A stretch of DNA of 64,000 nucleotides, from the NCBI GenBank assembly GCA_016195985.1, contig JACPYP010000013.1:12116-76115 (forward strand), in the 5' to 3' direction. Source of the stretch: Acidobacteriota bacterium. Lineage in GTDB: Bacteria; Acidobacteriota; Holophagae; Holophagales; Holophagaceae. This document shows, in pieces, positions 38,380 through 49,000 of this stretch. Every line of letters starts with the position of its first letter. Position 1 is the first letter of the stretch. A program made the translations under genes and the position numbers. A model generated the notes under the pieces. The model worked only from the letters and a program-made list of their open reading frames with translations. It was not told where the DNA came from and did no database searches.

Positions 38380-39402
38380 TCAGGCTCCCAGTTTCAGATC
38401 GGCATCGGCGTTCTGGCTCCAAGGATCCGGCTCGGGCGTGAGCAGCGCTCCGGCGGCGGCGATCATGGCGCCATTGTCCGTGCAGAGTTTTGGCTCGGGG
38501 ATGGCCAGGGCCAGACCAATTCGTTTCGCCAGGGCCGCGGCTTCGGAACGCAGACGGGAATTGCAGGCCACGCCACCGCTGATCACCAGGCTGCGCGCGC
38601 CATGGATCTCCGCCAAGCCTGGCACCGGCTTTAAAAGCCAGGCGGCGATGGCCTCCTGCAAGCTGCGGCAGAGGCCTTGCACTGAGGGGTCCCCGGCGCC
38701 GGCCTCGGCCAGCCGTGGATCCCTCTCCACCCTCAACTTCACTCCTGTTTTCAGGCCGGAGAAGCTCCAGGAGGCCTTGCCGTCGCGGAACTTGGGTGGG
38801 GTGAAGGGGTCTGCGGCCTGCTTCGCAGCCCTGGCGCAGGCGTCCACCAGGGGACCGCCGGGATAGCCCAAGTTCAGCATGCGGGCGGTCTTGTCGAAGG
38901 CCTCGCCGGCCGCGTCGTCCCGGGTTTTCTGGAGCAGCTGGAGCGAAATCCAATCCTGGGCCAGGTAGAGGTGCGTGTGGCCGCCGGACACCAGCAGCAC
39001 CAAGGCTGGAAAGGCCAGGTCCGGCGAGGCGAAGCGCGCCGCGTTGAGGTGTCCCAGCAGGTGGTGGACGCCCACCCAATCGAGGCCCTCGCGCCAGGCC
39101 ACCGCCTTGCTGGCGCTGAAGGTGGCCAGCAGGCTGCCCACCAGGCCGGGGCCCCGGGTCACTGCGAGACGGTCCAGATCCTTCAGCCCCGCCCCTGCCT
39201 GGGCCAGGGCCCCGGCCATGACGGCACGCACCTGGAGCAGGTGTTCGCGGGCCGCCAATTCAGGCACCACGCCGCCGAAGGGCCCGTGGATGGCGTCCTG
39301 GCTTTCGCGGACCAGGGAGCGGAGCACGGGGCCAGCGACGGTCTCCTCCACCACCGCGGCGGAGCAGTCGTCGCAGGATGATTCCAGACCCAGGACCAGC
39401 AT
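38380..39402 (-). CDS. tsaD: tRNA t6A threonylcarbamoyltransferase
   Basis: LGLESSCDD, GGVVPELAAREH, HLLGH, VSGGHT, DDAAGEAFDK, CTDNGAMIA. Confidence 0.97.
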   Translation of the reverse strand: MLVLGLESSCDDCSAAVVEETVAGPVLRSLVRESQDAIHGPFGGVVPELAAREHLLQVRAVMAGALAQAGAGLKDLDRLAVTRGPGLVGSLLATFSASKAVAWREGLDWVGVHHLLGHLNAARFASPDLAFPALVLLVSGGHTHLYLAQDWISLQLLQKTRDDAAGEAFDKTARMLNLGYPGGPLVDACARAAKQAADPFTPPKFRDGKASWSFSGLKTGVKLRVERDPRLAEAGAGDPSVQGLCRSLQEAIAAWLLKPVPGLAEIHGARSLVISGGVACNSRLRSEAAALAKRIGLALAIPEPKLCTDNGAMIAAAGALLTPEPDPWSQNADADLKLGA

Positions 39403-39436
39403 GGGGATAGTGTAACTTGGCAACCGGAGCCTTCCC

Positions 39437-40654
39437 ATGCGCAGTCCGTTGCTGATGTTGATGCCGGCCATCCTGATGGCCCAGCGGTCAGCCCTTCCCC
39501 CGCAGGAGGCGTTCAACCGCGAGTTGAAGCGGAATCGCCTGGGCACGTGGCTGGTGTTGGAGGATGAGGGCGCCGCCTGGGGGGCTGCCGTGCGCGCGGC
39601 CCTGGATGCTGACGGACTGGTTCAGCTGAACCTGCCGCTGAGGGTGAGTTCGGGAGGGAAGAAGCCGGATGGCCTGAGCGGGATCTTGCGCGACCGCTAC
39701 AACTGGCCCAAAGGACCGCACTGGGCCCTGGTGGACGGCAAGGGCAGGATCCTGGTGGAGGGTGCCTCGCTGCCCACGGCGCCCATCCTGGTTTCCGCCG
39801 CGGAGCAGGCAGGCGTGAAGTCGAGGGCGCAGGAGCTGGAGGCCTTTCTAAAGCAGAACCCCGATCATCTGGAAGCCCGGGTGGCCCTGCTGGGGGAATT
39901 GATCGCCGTGGCCAACCGGCGCACCAACCGGGCCCTGGCCGGCGCCCCTGCATCCAAGGACAAGCTTTCTGAAACCGCCGGGCAGCCGGAACCGGTCCGC
40001 ATGTTGGAGGCCGGCCCGGACGAGAGCATCTGGTCCGCCGCCGTCCAGCAGCTGGATCAGATCCTCCAGGGGCGATGGGAATCCATGGGCCTGGAGCTGG
40101 GAATCCGCCTGAGGAGCTCCGAGGCGGAACACTCCCCGGCCATGCTGGCCTTGCTGAACCGCTACCGCAGCGATCTGGAGGAAGCGGTGCGGCGGTGGCC
40201 CACCGGCCCTGAGCCCTGGATGCTTTGGCTGCAGGCCTCCCAGAAGAGCGGCGGCTGGCCCTTGATGCCCCTGCTCCAAACCCTGCAGCCCCTTCCCGGC
40301 ACCTCGCCCGGGGATTGGCCTCCGGCCATGGCTTTGAATGAGTTCGTGAAGGATGCCAGGGCGCGAAAGGATTGGCAGGCCATCCGCGAAGTCATGGAGG
40401 CCCGCTGGGAGGAGGTGCGGTCCGGGGAATACCGCTGGGGCGGCGGCGAGGTGATCTGGAGCCGCATGGTTTCCCCCCTGCTGGAGGCCCTCGTATCTAT
40501 GGGTGACGTGGGCGCCGCCGACCAGCTGATGAACGAGGTTGTGGGCCTGGAAACCTGGTCCGGCCTGCCCGCGCAGGCCAAGGATCTGGCCACACGGTTG
40601 AACCGCCCCGACCTGGCCGCCCGCTGGGGCGCCCTGTCCGTGAAGGGCCGATGA
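39437..40654 (+). CDS. Hypothetical, probably exported protein
   Basis: 405-aa ORF with short hydrophobic N-terminus and host-like codons; stop overlaps priA ATG. Confidence 0.7.
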   Translation: MRSPLLMLMPAILMAQRSALPPQEAFNRELKRNRLGTWLVLEDEGAAWGAAVRAALDADGLVQLNLPLRVSSGGKKPDGLSGILRDRYNWPKGPHWALVDGKGRILVEGASLPTAPILVSAAEQAGVKSRAQELEAFLKQNPDHLEARVALLGELIAVANRRTNRALAGAPASKDKLSETAGQPEPVRMLEAGPDESIWSAAVQQLDQILQGRWESMGLELGIRLRSSEAEHSPAMLALLNRYRSDLEEAVRRWPTGPEPWMLWLQASQKSGGWPLMPLLQTLQPLPGTSPGDWPPAMALNEFVKDARARKDWQAIREVMEARWEEVRSGEYRWGGGEVIWSRMVSPLLEALVSMGDVGAADQLMNEVVGLETWSGLPAQAKDLATRLNRPDLAARWGALSVKGR

Positions 40655-42921
40655 GCCTCGTACCCACCCGCATCCAGCTCAACCGGCCCCTCCCACCGCT
40701 GACCTACCTGGCCCCAGAGGGGCTTCCAGAAGGGGTGCGGGTGCGGGTGAAGGTGCGCAACAGCGTGGCCGTGGGCTTGGCCATGGGCATGGATCCCGCG
40801 CCTCCCTCGGCGAAGCTCCGTCCCATCGAGGCCGTCCTGGATCCCTTCCCGCTCCTGCCTTCAAAGCTCAGGGAACTGCAGGCCTTCGCCGCCCGCTACT
40901 ACGGCTGCCTGGAAGCCCATCTGCTGCCCCTGAGCCTGCCCCAGGCCCTGCTGCCCCACTGGGAGGCGGACGAGGACGGACAGCGGTTGTCCTTCCACCG
41001 CGACCGCGGCGCCTGGGGCGTGCTGGTGGACCTTGGCGAGGCCTGGCACCGGGACCCTTCCATTCTGCCCACGCTGCTGCACCGGTCCGCCCTGCGCGGC
41101 TCGGGCTTCACTGAAGTGCGCCTCACGGGTGCGCCGCATCCCCCCCGGGTGACGCCCGCCCAGGCCAAGATCCTCCTGGCGCTGGAGGAGGCCGGGGGCG
41201 CCCTGATGGAGCCCGAGCTGTTGGAATCCGCCGGCGTGGGCGCTTCCGTGCTGGGAACCCTGGAGAAGCGGGGCCTCGTCGCGCGCATGAAGCGGGTGGA
41301 CCTGCTGGCCCAGCGGCGGGAGGCGGGCGCCGACCGCACCGTGGTGCTCAGCGGAGAGCAGTCGGCGGCCTTGGAGGCAGTGACGCTTGGCGCCTTCGGG
41401 GTGCACCTGCTTCAGGGTGTCACGGGTTCCGGCAAGACCGAGGTCTACCTCGCGCTGGCCGAACGCGCGTTGGCCATCGGGCGCCGCGTGCTCTGGCTGG
41501 TGCCCGAGATCGGTCTCACGGCCCGGCTGCTGGACCGCCTCGAGGCGCGTTTTCCTGGCCGCGTGGCGGTGGGGCACGCGGGGCTCAATGCCGGAGAGAA
41601 GCACGGCGACGTAGTGCGCCTGCTCTTCAACGGCGCGGATCTTTTTGTGGGCGTCCGCAACGCCGTCATGGCTCCCCTGCGCGACATCGGGCTCATTGTC
41701 GTGGACGAAGAGCACGAAGGATCCTACAAATCCGAGGAGCACCCCCGCATCCATGCCCGTGACCTGGCCATCAAGCGGGCCCAGCTGGAGGAATGCCCCA
41801 TCGTGCTGGGCAGCGCCACACCCAGCCTGGAAAGCTGGCAGGCGGCGAAGGCGGGGCGTTACCGGTTGATCCAGCTGAGGCAGCGGCCCGTGGGCGTCAC
41901 CCTTCCGAAAGTCGAAACCGTCGATCTTCGCGATACCTACCGGCAGTTGCGGCGCAAGGTGATCCTCTCGCCCACCCTTCAGCAGGCCCTCACGGACACC
42001 CTGGCCAAGGGAGAGCAGGCCCTGCTTCTGCTGAACCGCCGTGGCTACGAGAATTTCTGGATGTGCCGGGCCTGCGGGAAGACGCTGGGATGCCCGCACT
42101 GCGCCATCTCACTCACTTACCACCGGGGTGATTACCGTCTGCGTTGCCACCTCTGCGGCCATGAAACCGTGCCGCCCGAGGCCTGCCCGGATTGCGGCGC
42201 CGACCACCTGCGTGGCGTCGGCGAGGGCACCGAACAGGTGGAGGAGCACCTGGTCCAGCTGTTCCCCGGGGCGCGCATCCTTCGCCTGGACCGGGACACC
42301 ACCCGGCGCCGCGGCTCCCTGGAAGCGGGACTGCTGGCTGCCGAGGCCGGGCAGGTGGACATCCTGGTGGGCACGCAGATGCTGGCCAAGGGGCATACCT
42401 TTCCAGGCCTCACCCTCGTGGGGGTGCTCAACGCCGACCAGGGGCTCAAGGTGGCGGATTTCAGGGCCTCCGAACGCACCTTCCAGTTGCTCATCCAGGT
42501 GGCCGGCCGGGCCGGCCGGGCCGAGCGGGCCGGCCGTGTGATCCTCCAAACCTATTCGCCGGACCACCCCGCCATCAGCTTCGCCCTGGCCCAGGATTTC
42601 GAGGGCTTCGCCGCTTCTGAGCTCCCTTTCCGCGAGGGATTGGGCTATCCCCCCTTCACGGCCTTGTCCCTCTACCGGGCCGAAGCGGATTCCCTCGCCG
42701 AAGCCCGCCAAGCCCTGGAAGGTTTCCGGCAGCGGCTGTCCGTGCCAGGCCTCCGCGTGCTGGGCCCCCTCGAAGCCCCCGTACCAAGAATCCGCGACCG
42801 CTGGCGCATGCATCTCCTGCTGAAAGGAACCCGCGGCGCCCTGGGCGAAGTCCTGGCCCGGCAACCCCTGAACCCGGCAGGGGCGATCAGCTTGGATCGG
42901 GACCCGCTGCAGTTTGGGTGA
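40651..42921 (+). CDS. priA: Primosomal protein N'
   Basis: GVTGSGKTEVY, DEEH, GSATPS, LNRRG, four CxxC pairs, GTQMLAKG, QVAGRAGR. Confidence 0.97.
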   Translation: MSLVPTRIQLNRPLPPLTYLAPEGLPEGVRVRVKVRNSVAVGLAMGMDPAPPSAKLRPIEAVLDPFPLLPSKLRELQAFAARYYGCLEAHLLPLSLPQALLPHWEADEDGQRLSFHRDRGAWGVLVDLGEAWHRDPSILPTLLHRSALRGSGFTEVRLTGAPHPPRVTPAQAKILLALEEAGGALMEPELLESAGVGASVLGTLEKRGLVARMKRVDLLAQRREAGADRTVVLSGEQSAALEAVTLGAFGVHLLQGVTGSGKTEVYLALAERALAIGRRVLWLVPEIGLTARLLDRLEARFPGRVAVGHAGLNAGEKHGDVVRLLFNGADLFVGVRNAVMAPLRDIGLIVVDEEHEGSYKSEEHPRIHARDLAIKRAQLEECPIVLGSATPSLESWQAAKAGRYRLIQLRQRPVGVTLPKVETVDLRDTYRQLRRKVILSPTLQQALTDTLAKGEQALLLLNRRGYENFWMCRACGKTLGCPHCAISLTYHRGDYRLRCHLCGHETVPPEACPDCGADHLRGVGEGTEQVEEHLVQLFPGARILRLDRDTTRRRGSLEAGLLAAEAGQVDILVGTQMLAKGHTFPGLTLVGVLNADQGLKVADFRASERTFQLLIQVAGRAGRAERAGRVILQTYSPDHPAISFALAQDFEGFAASELPFREGLGYPPFTALSLYRAEADSLAEARQALEGFRQRLSVPGLRVLGPLEAPVPRIRDRWRMHLLLKGTRGALGEVLARQPLNPAGAISLDRDPLQFG

Positions 42922-43067
42922 TGTATAAAAAAAATACACACGTATTGAATCTTCCGGCGCAGATCGATGGCGCCATTTATAAATATTTTGGTTGTAACAA
43001 TTAAAACAAATGGCTGTTTTGGAGGGGGGCGCCGATTCTTTTCAGGTCAACTGTGAGGTGGAAGCTG

Positions 43068-43736
43068 ATGAGCCGAGTCAACAGGGGTTTCTCTATCTTG
43101 GAACTGCTGGTTGTCGTCGTGATTGTGGGCATCGTCGTCGCGGTCACGGGTAATTGGTATTCCGTTTCCCAGCCAGCGGCTGTGAAGGGCACGGTGAATG
43201 CCCTGGTGGGCTTCCTTTCCGAAGCCCGTTCCGTCGCTCGAACCACCGGACGCACGGTCACACTGACGACGAGCGGGGCCCAGGCCAACCTGATGGTCAC
43301 CTTCCCAACCCAGGGAAATGTCACTCCCGTCCCGGCCGGACAAGAATTAACCACCTGGCGGAGGGATGCGGCTGGGACGGAAGTGGCCAGGTATTCCGGG
43401 ATAGATTCGTCTGGAGCCTGGCCGATTTATACTCAGGCTGCTCCAGTCCCCAATCCGTTGACAGGTGGTGTTGCATCTGTTTCCGCTTTGTTTACCAATG
43501 GGGTGCAGCCCACCGCCACCGCGAAGCTTTTCAAAGGAGTAGCGGATACCAGTTTCTCCTTTGATTCGACGGGCCGGATCAACCGCGACCTTTGGATTTA
43601 TGTCGGAGGCATGCGAAATGGCGCCTCCTATCCGAGTGCTCCTGTTGGGTTGGTGCTCGTGACTCGTTCCAATGGCATTCACAGCTTTTACAAACCCAAT
43701 GCGGGTGACCCCGCTGCGCCCTGGCAGCGCCTGTAG
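43068..43736 (+). CDS. Type IV minor pilin, FimT/FimU (GspH)-like
   Basis: Prepilin motif RG|FSILELLVVVVIVG; LSEARSVA helix. Confidence 0.82.
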   Translation: MSRVNRGFSILELLVVVVIVGIVVAVTGNWYSVSQPAAVKGTVNALVGFLSEARSVARTTGRTVTLTTSGAQANLMVTFPTQGNVTPVPAGQELTTWRRDAAGTEVARYSGIDSSGAWPIYTQAAPVPNPLTGGVASVSALFTNGVQPTATAKLFKGVADTSFSFDSTGRINRDLWIYVGGMRNGASYPSAPVGLVLVTRSNGIHSFYKPNAGDPAAPWQRL

Positions 43737-43747
43737 GAGTCCACGCC

Positions 43748-44281
43748 ATGCATCGTCGAGCCACACATCAAACCGGGTTTTCGCTAATTGAACTGCTGGT
43801 GACCGCCCTTATCTTCGGAATCGGCCTGCTCGGATTGGCTGCGCTTCAGGTTTCGACCATGCGCAGCAATTCCGGAGGGAGGAACCGAGTGACTGCCTCC
43901 GCCCTGGCAGAGGGGTGCCTCAGTGCCATTCAAGCCGAAGGGAGTCTGACTTGGTCTTATTCGGCTGGGGTCATGGGATCAAGTACTGTCTTCGTTGGAA
44001 CTCGCACCTTCACCCAGAGCGGCACGGCAAACGGGACATACGGGATATTTGATATCAACGGACAGCCTCTCCCCCCGGGCGACCCGAACCAAGTGTTTTC
44101 GGTGGGCTGGGTCCGGAGGCCCACCACGGCCGCCACACCTTCTGCTCCGATTACGAATATGAACATGAATGAGTTCGTCGTGACTGTCACCTGGAAGGAC
44201 CAGGAGAAGGCTGCAGATGGTGTTACAAATCTGGCCTCATCCACTCTGAGTGTCAGTCGACTCATTCGGTACGGGGTCTAG
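43748..44281 (+). CDS. pilV: Type IV minor pilin PilV-like
   Basis: G|FSLIELLVTALIFGIGLLGLAALQ; VTVTW C-terminal strand. Confidence 0.82.
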   Translation: MHRRATHQTGFSLIELLVTALIFGIGLLGLAALQVSTMRSNSGGRNRVTASALAEGCLSAIQAEGSLTWSYSAGVMGSSTVFVGTRTFTQSGTANGTYGIFDINGQPLPPGDPNQVFSVGWVRRPTTAATPSAPITNMNMNEFVVTVTWKDQEKAADGVTNLASSTLSVSRLIRYGV

Positions 44282-44283
44282 CC

Positions 44284-45435
44284 ATGATGCTCCAATCCTT
44301 CCGGCGGGTTCGCCCCCTTCAACACGGATTCTCGCTGATCGAGATGCTGGTGGCAGTCATGTTCATCGGCATTCTTTCTGCGGGCATGATGCGCATATAT
44401 TCTGCGAACCTGTCAGGCTTCCAACGCGTCAACGATACAATCGCCAGCCAGCGGCGCGGCCGTTGGGCGCTCTCGTCCCTTCAAGATGATGTGGCGTCCG
44501 TGGGCTTTTTCGCATTTGTTCCCTTCAACCAACCCGCTGGTTATTCCGTGGTTTCGGGGAGTCAGGAACCTTTCATGATTCTCCCGTCGCCGACTGCGGT
44601 TTCGGTGACAGGTCCCGATCCCACCAATCCCACGGTAATGCTCACAGCGAACTTAAGTCCTAATCCCGACGAGCTGCAGTTCGTGGGGGACATTCCATTG
44701 CCTATTCAGGCGACGGTCCTATCGACCTCGGGGACCGCCCTTGGTCTTAACGTAAGCAGTGGCAATATGGCAGATATCGAAGCAGGGGACATTGTGGCGA
44801 TCCTGGACCCCACCTTCGAGCAGGTCAAGGTTGCGACCAAGCCTTCCAGCACCACCCTTAGCATTTCCGCCACAGGGGCGAGCGAACAGGCTAGTCGACA
44901 GGTGGCGGGTTATGCCCTGTCACCCACACTCTCTGCTCACGCAGTGGGCGTTCCTGTGGTCGTTTTCCGCCCCAACGTGGTGACCCGCTACTCCATCCAA
45001 GCACGTGCTTGGGACCCATCGAATGCAGGCACCATCCCGTGTCTGGTTCGCCAGCAGACGCCGTACCCGGATGGAGGTGCCTTGATCGATTGGACGGGCG
45101 TTCAGGCGGATGTGATCGCAGAGAACATCGATGGTTTCCGGGTGGACATCAGCTTCGACGGTGGAACCACTTGGTTGCGGCAGGCCGCTGGAAGTTGGGA
45201 CGCCATCGTCTCAAGCATGCAAGGGCTCAGCCCCGGCGGGGTCGTTTTGAATCCAAGGGATGCCTCGAATCCGCTCTGGTACCGCAATTTCCCCTGCTTG
45301 ATTCGTATGGACATAACAGCGCGCTCTGCAGCCCCCAAGGCCGCCAATTCGGATATTACCGGCCAGGCGGCCTATGTGCGTAGAACGCAGACGCTGATGG
45401 TGACCCCTCGCAATTTCGGTTTGCCCCTCTTCTGA
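44284..45435 (+). CDS. pilW: Type IV minor pilin PilW-like
   Basis: G|FSLIEMLVAV, Q..GR.AL..L..D...VGF, IAENID, V.PRN terminus. Confidence 0.82.
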   Translation: MMLQSFRRVRPLQHGFSLIEMLVAVMFIGILSAGMMRIYSANLSGFQRVNDTIASQRRGRWALSSLQDDVASVGFFAFVPFNQPAGYSVVSGSQEPFMILPSPTAVSVTGPDPTNPTVMLTANLSPNPDELQFVGDIPLPIQATVLSTSGTALGLNVSSGNMADIEAGDIVAILDPTFEQVKVATKPSSTTLSISATGASEQASRQVAGYALSPTLSAHAVGVPVVVFRPNVVTRYSIQARAWDPSNAGTIPCLVRQQTPYPDGGALIDWTGVQADVIAENIDGFRVDISFDGGTTWLRQAAGSWDAIVSSMQGLSPGGVVLNPRDASNPLWYRNFPCLIRMDITARSAAPKAANSDITGQAAYVRRTQTLMVTPRNFGLPLF

Positions 45436-45445
45436 GGAGATCCTT

Positions 45446-46051
45446 GTGACTAAACGTCGTAATTCCACTCGTATTCGGCAGCAGGGCGGTCTGACTATTA
45501 TCCTCGCTCTGGTGCTTGTGGGGGTTATGGGAGCCGCCACCTTCAGCTTAAGTCGCAACGCGATTCGGGAGTTGTCGACTGCTGGCGCCATCATTCAGGG
45601 CGGTAAAGCTGCTGCTGCGGCCGACGCAGGGCTGGATTGGGTGATCATTTGGGGTCAGGGGGGTGTGAAGTTTTCTGATTTCACTGCTGCGGCTCCCCAC
45701 GCCGAACAATCAGCCTTGATAAGCAAAATGAAGGATAGCATCTCGCCCACTTTGGCTTATCCGATCTTTACTCTTTCAGGCAATGGAGTTGACGCCATGT
45801 CCATGAACGTTGGCTCTGCTACCACGAACCAGAATTTTGATATCGAGTTCCGATTCTTAGGCAATCTGCCCTCTGGCCGCCAGAGCGGAGGCAGTTCCGA
45901 TAACGCTGGTGCCTCGGGTGGAACGAAAGGCGGTGCGGGAGGGGTCGGCGACTATGTCTGGCGTATCCTCGCGACGGGACGTGCCACACCCCAGAACGGC
46001 CAAACCTACCAGGCCCAACGCGAACTCATCAGCACTCTGCCTCCCTTCTAA
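45446..46051 (+). CDS. pilX: Type IV minor pilin PilX-like
   Basis: QGG|LTIILALV with no Glu5, AADAGL, WRILATG. Confidence 0.78.
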   Translation: MTKRRNSTRIRQQGGLTIILALVLVGVMGAATFSLSRNAIRELSTAGAIIQGGKAAAAADAGLDWVIIWGQGGVKFSDFTAAAPHAEQSALISKMKDSISPTLAYPIFTLSGNGVDAMSMNVGSATTNQNFDIEFRFLGNLPSGRQSGGSSDNAGASGGTKGGAGGVGDYVWRILATGRATPQNGQTYQAQRELISTLPPF

Positions 46052-46079
46052 TGAACCCGATCCATCACCGGGAGAACCC

Positions 46080-49000
46080 ATGAACGGCTCATTCATGCAT
46101 CGGCTCAAGGCTTTCTGCTTCACGGCGCTCGCTGCAGCTTGTCTCTTTGGGCAGGTGGACAAGAACCTCGTCATGAGCACCGACCTGCTCGATGTTTACT
46201 CCAGTGGAAAGATCAAGCCGGAGGTGCTCACCATCTTCGATTTCTCCGGCTCCATGGAGAATACGTTTTGGCACAAAGACTACTGGACGGATCAAAACAG
46301 CGACTGGGGTTATGCCATACGCTATAACGGCAGTGCGTTGAAATTTGTCAAGCCGTCTGGTTCGTCTGCAGCAGCTCTTTCGAATAACCTTGCCAACGCC
46401 ACTGGGTTTCTGGTTGATCCCGCAGGGAACGCCATCAGTGGGACGCCGACGGCGGCCCTCGTCAAGCAGGCCAGTCACGCCCGTATGACCGCCACCCTAA
46501 CCTCTGGCGGCAAAACCTACACTCGGACTGTCGATATCCCACTTCCGTGGACCATCCTCCAGGTCCCGGCGAGTCTGCCGGTGTCTGCTGGGACCCCGCC
46601 TGTTCCCGACTACATCATGGACCCAGCAAGTGCAACTGCGACTCTCCCACCCACCACCAAAGTCGAGTTTGACAAGGTGTATTCTCTTAGCAACACCAAC
46701 ATCTACAACACGAGCAATGGCCAGATCGGTCTGTTTGCCTACAACCCCGACTATCTGAACTGGATCTTCTGGGGAACCGTCGCCAAGGCGGCGGATGGAA
46801 ACAGCTTCAATGCCGCGACCGTCACAGGTTATCTGGATGACCGCAAACAATCCGCCCCCAGCAACACTCTGACGAGTCCCGTCGCCGGTCTGGGAGGTTA
46901 TTTCCCTGGGGGTGGGGGATATGTTATTCCTGGCGCTTACGATCCCAGTTCAGGTTCCTCATCGACGCCAAGCACCACTGTGTGGAATACAGGTAAGACT
47001 TTTGCCAACGGCCTTCCTGTAGGGACCCGTTGCCACTTTCTGAAGCGAGCCGTGCTCTCCACCTGGTTCGGGACCCAGGGGGGGGCGCAGACCCAGAAGT
47101 CCGTGCTCTGGGCTTACCGGTTCCTCGATGCCAGTGGCACTGAACAGAGCATTTCTCCAAGAACGAACATCAACACCGACAACGAAATTGGAGGCAGCAG
47201 CCAGCGGGCACTGACCCAGCTCAAGAGTGTGACGAGCGGCATCCATGCTTCCGTGTCGGCCATTCAGACGAAGTCGCCCGCCAACGGAACACCCCTGACC
47301 TACGCTTTGGCAAATGCCTACGCACAGTTGGTGATCAACGATTCGGGATCGAGCGTCTTCGATTCGGGCAACGCAAAGGATGGCAAGTCACCTTGCCGAA
47401 CGTCCTTCGTCATTCTCTTCACCGACGGCCTTGGCAACGATGACAACGGCGGGAGCGTGGTGGGCACGGCGGAGGTCGCAACCAATGCGTTGACGGCCGT
47501 AAATACGGAAGCTGACATTCGGGCCATCTCCTTTTCCAAGTTGAATCCAACAACTTCATCGCTTTCCAGCTCGAACTTCAACATTTGGAGCTTGGCGGCC
47601 GTGGCTGCCCATGCCACCGATGCCTCGGCATCCGCCCAATTGACGAGCGGCATCGCATCCGTCAGCTCCTTCGCGCCATTCCGGATCATGTCCCGGGGAG
47701 CCAGTGCGAGTAAGCCAAGGAAGATCACTACCTTTACTGTGGGGTTGTCTTTGGCGGGTTCCAATACGTCAAGCTTCACCGTGGGCGGCAAGGGACCGCT
47801 GCTGCGCACCGCATTGTATGGCGATCCGGAGGTTACCAAATTTGATTTGGCCCACTCCGTGGCCAATGACAAGGGCAGCCAGATCAACAAGACCTTGTAT
47901 CCCGACGCCATCGCCACCGGATTTTATGATGCAACCGACCCCCAGGGGCTCACTAACAGCCTGATTTCACTGTTCTCCCGCATCACTCGAGCTGATACGG
48001 GTATTACGGCACCGGCCGCGCCTCTGGTGGGACTGAACCTGGGCAATCGCGCCTACCTGGGACGTTTCGCCACGGGGATTACCGACAAAGACAACCCCAG
48101 TTCCGTTTGGAGCGGTGATCTGCTCATGGCCGGTCTTGGCATTCAGGGCGACGGATCCGTTGGCTTGAAAGATAAAGATGGGAACTTTCAACAGGATATC
48201 AACGAGAACAATGCGGTGGCTTCCGCTGCCAAAGTTCTGAAGGTCACGGGATGGGCCAATGGAAAGCGCAATGTTTACACGATGATTCCTGGCACCAGCA
48301 TTCCGGCAGGCGGATTAGACCTCACCCTGCCTGCCCAGGCTTTCAGCGACCAGAATGCTGCCCTCCGCGATCCAAAGGTGATGGGGACCTCCAGCGCGAC
48401 CGAGGCCATCAGCCTCATTCGCTTCATCCGTGGGGCAGATCTGGCTGCGCAAACGGACCCGGTGAACCCGACAACCAAAACCGGCACACGGCTCGACATC
48501 ATGGGCGATGTGATCAACAGTTCGCCCGCCGCAGTTGAGTACGATGCAGGCCTGCTGTCCTCGGTCGGTTTTACTGGAACCTATACTGGCGACACGGACC
48601 TGCGGTACCAAGTGATATTCGTGGGTGACAACCAGGGGCATTTCCACGCCTTCGCTGAGAAGAGCGGCATCACTGGTGGCGGATTGCTGCATGGTGAACT
48701 GGTGGAGCTATGGAGCTTCGTGCCACCCGAATTGCTGAACAACCCCAGTGTCAGCACCACGGTCTCCAAGTTGAGCCGCCTGCAATCCAAGGGCAATGCC
48801 CATATCTATACCGTGGACGGTTCCCCTTTTATCTACTTCGATGACTCGGCGACGAAGAACCGCAAGGTCGATAGCGCAGATAAGGTCCGGGTGATTTTCG
48901 GCATGCGCAAGGGCGGGCGCAGTTACTACGCCTTGGACGTGGCGGATCCCGTCAAGCCGAAGCTGGTGTGGATGCTCGACCCCAACACCTCAACGGACCC

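Noticed and set aside
45909..46079. Upstream extension of the PilY1 ORF
   Set aside because: Overlaps pilX; ATG 46080 has a GGAG RBS and gives a signal peptide
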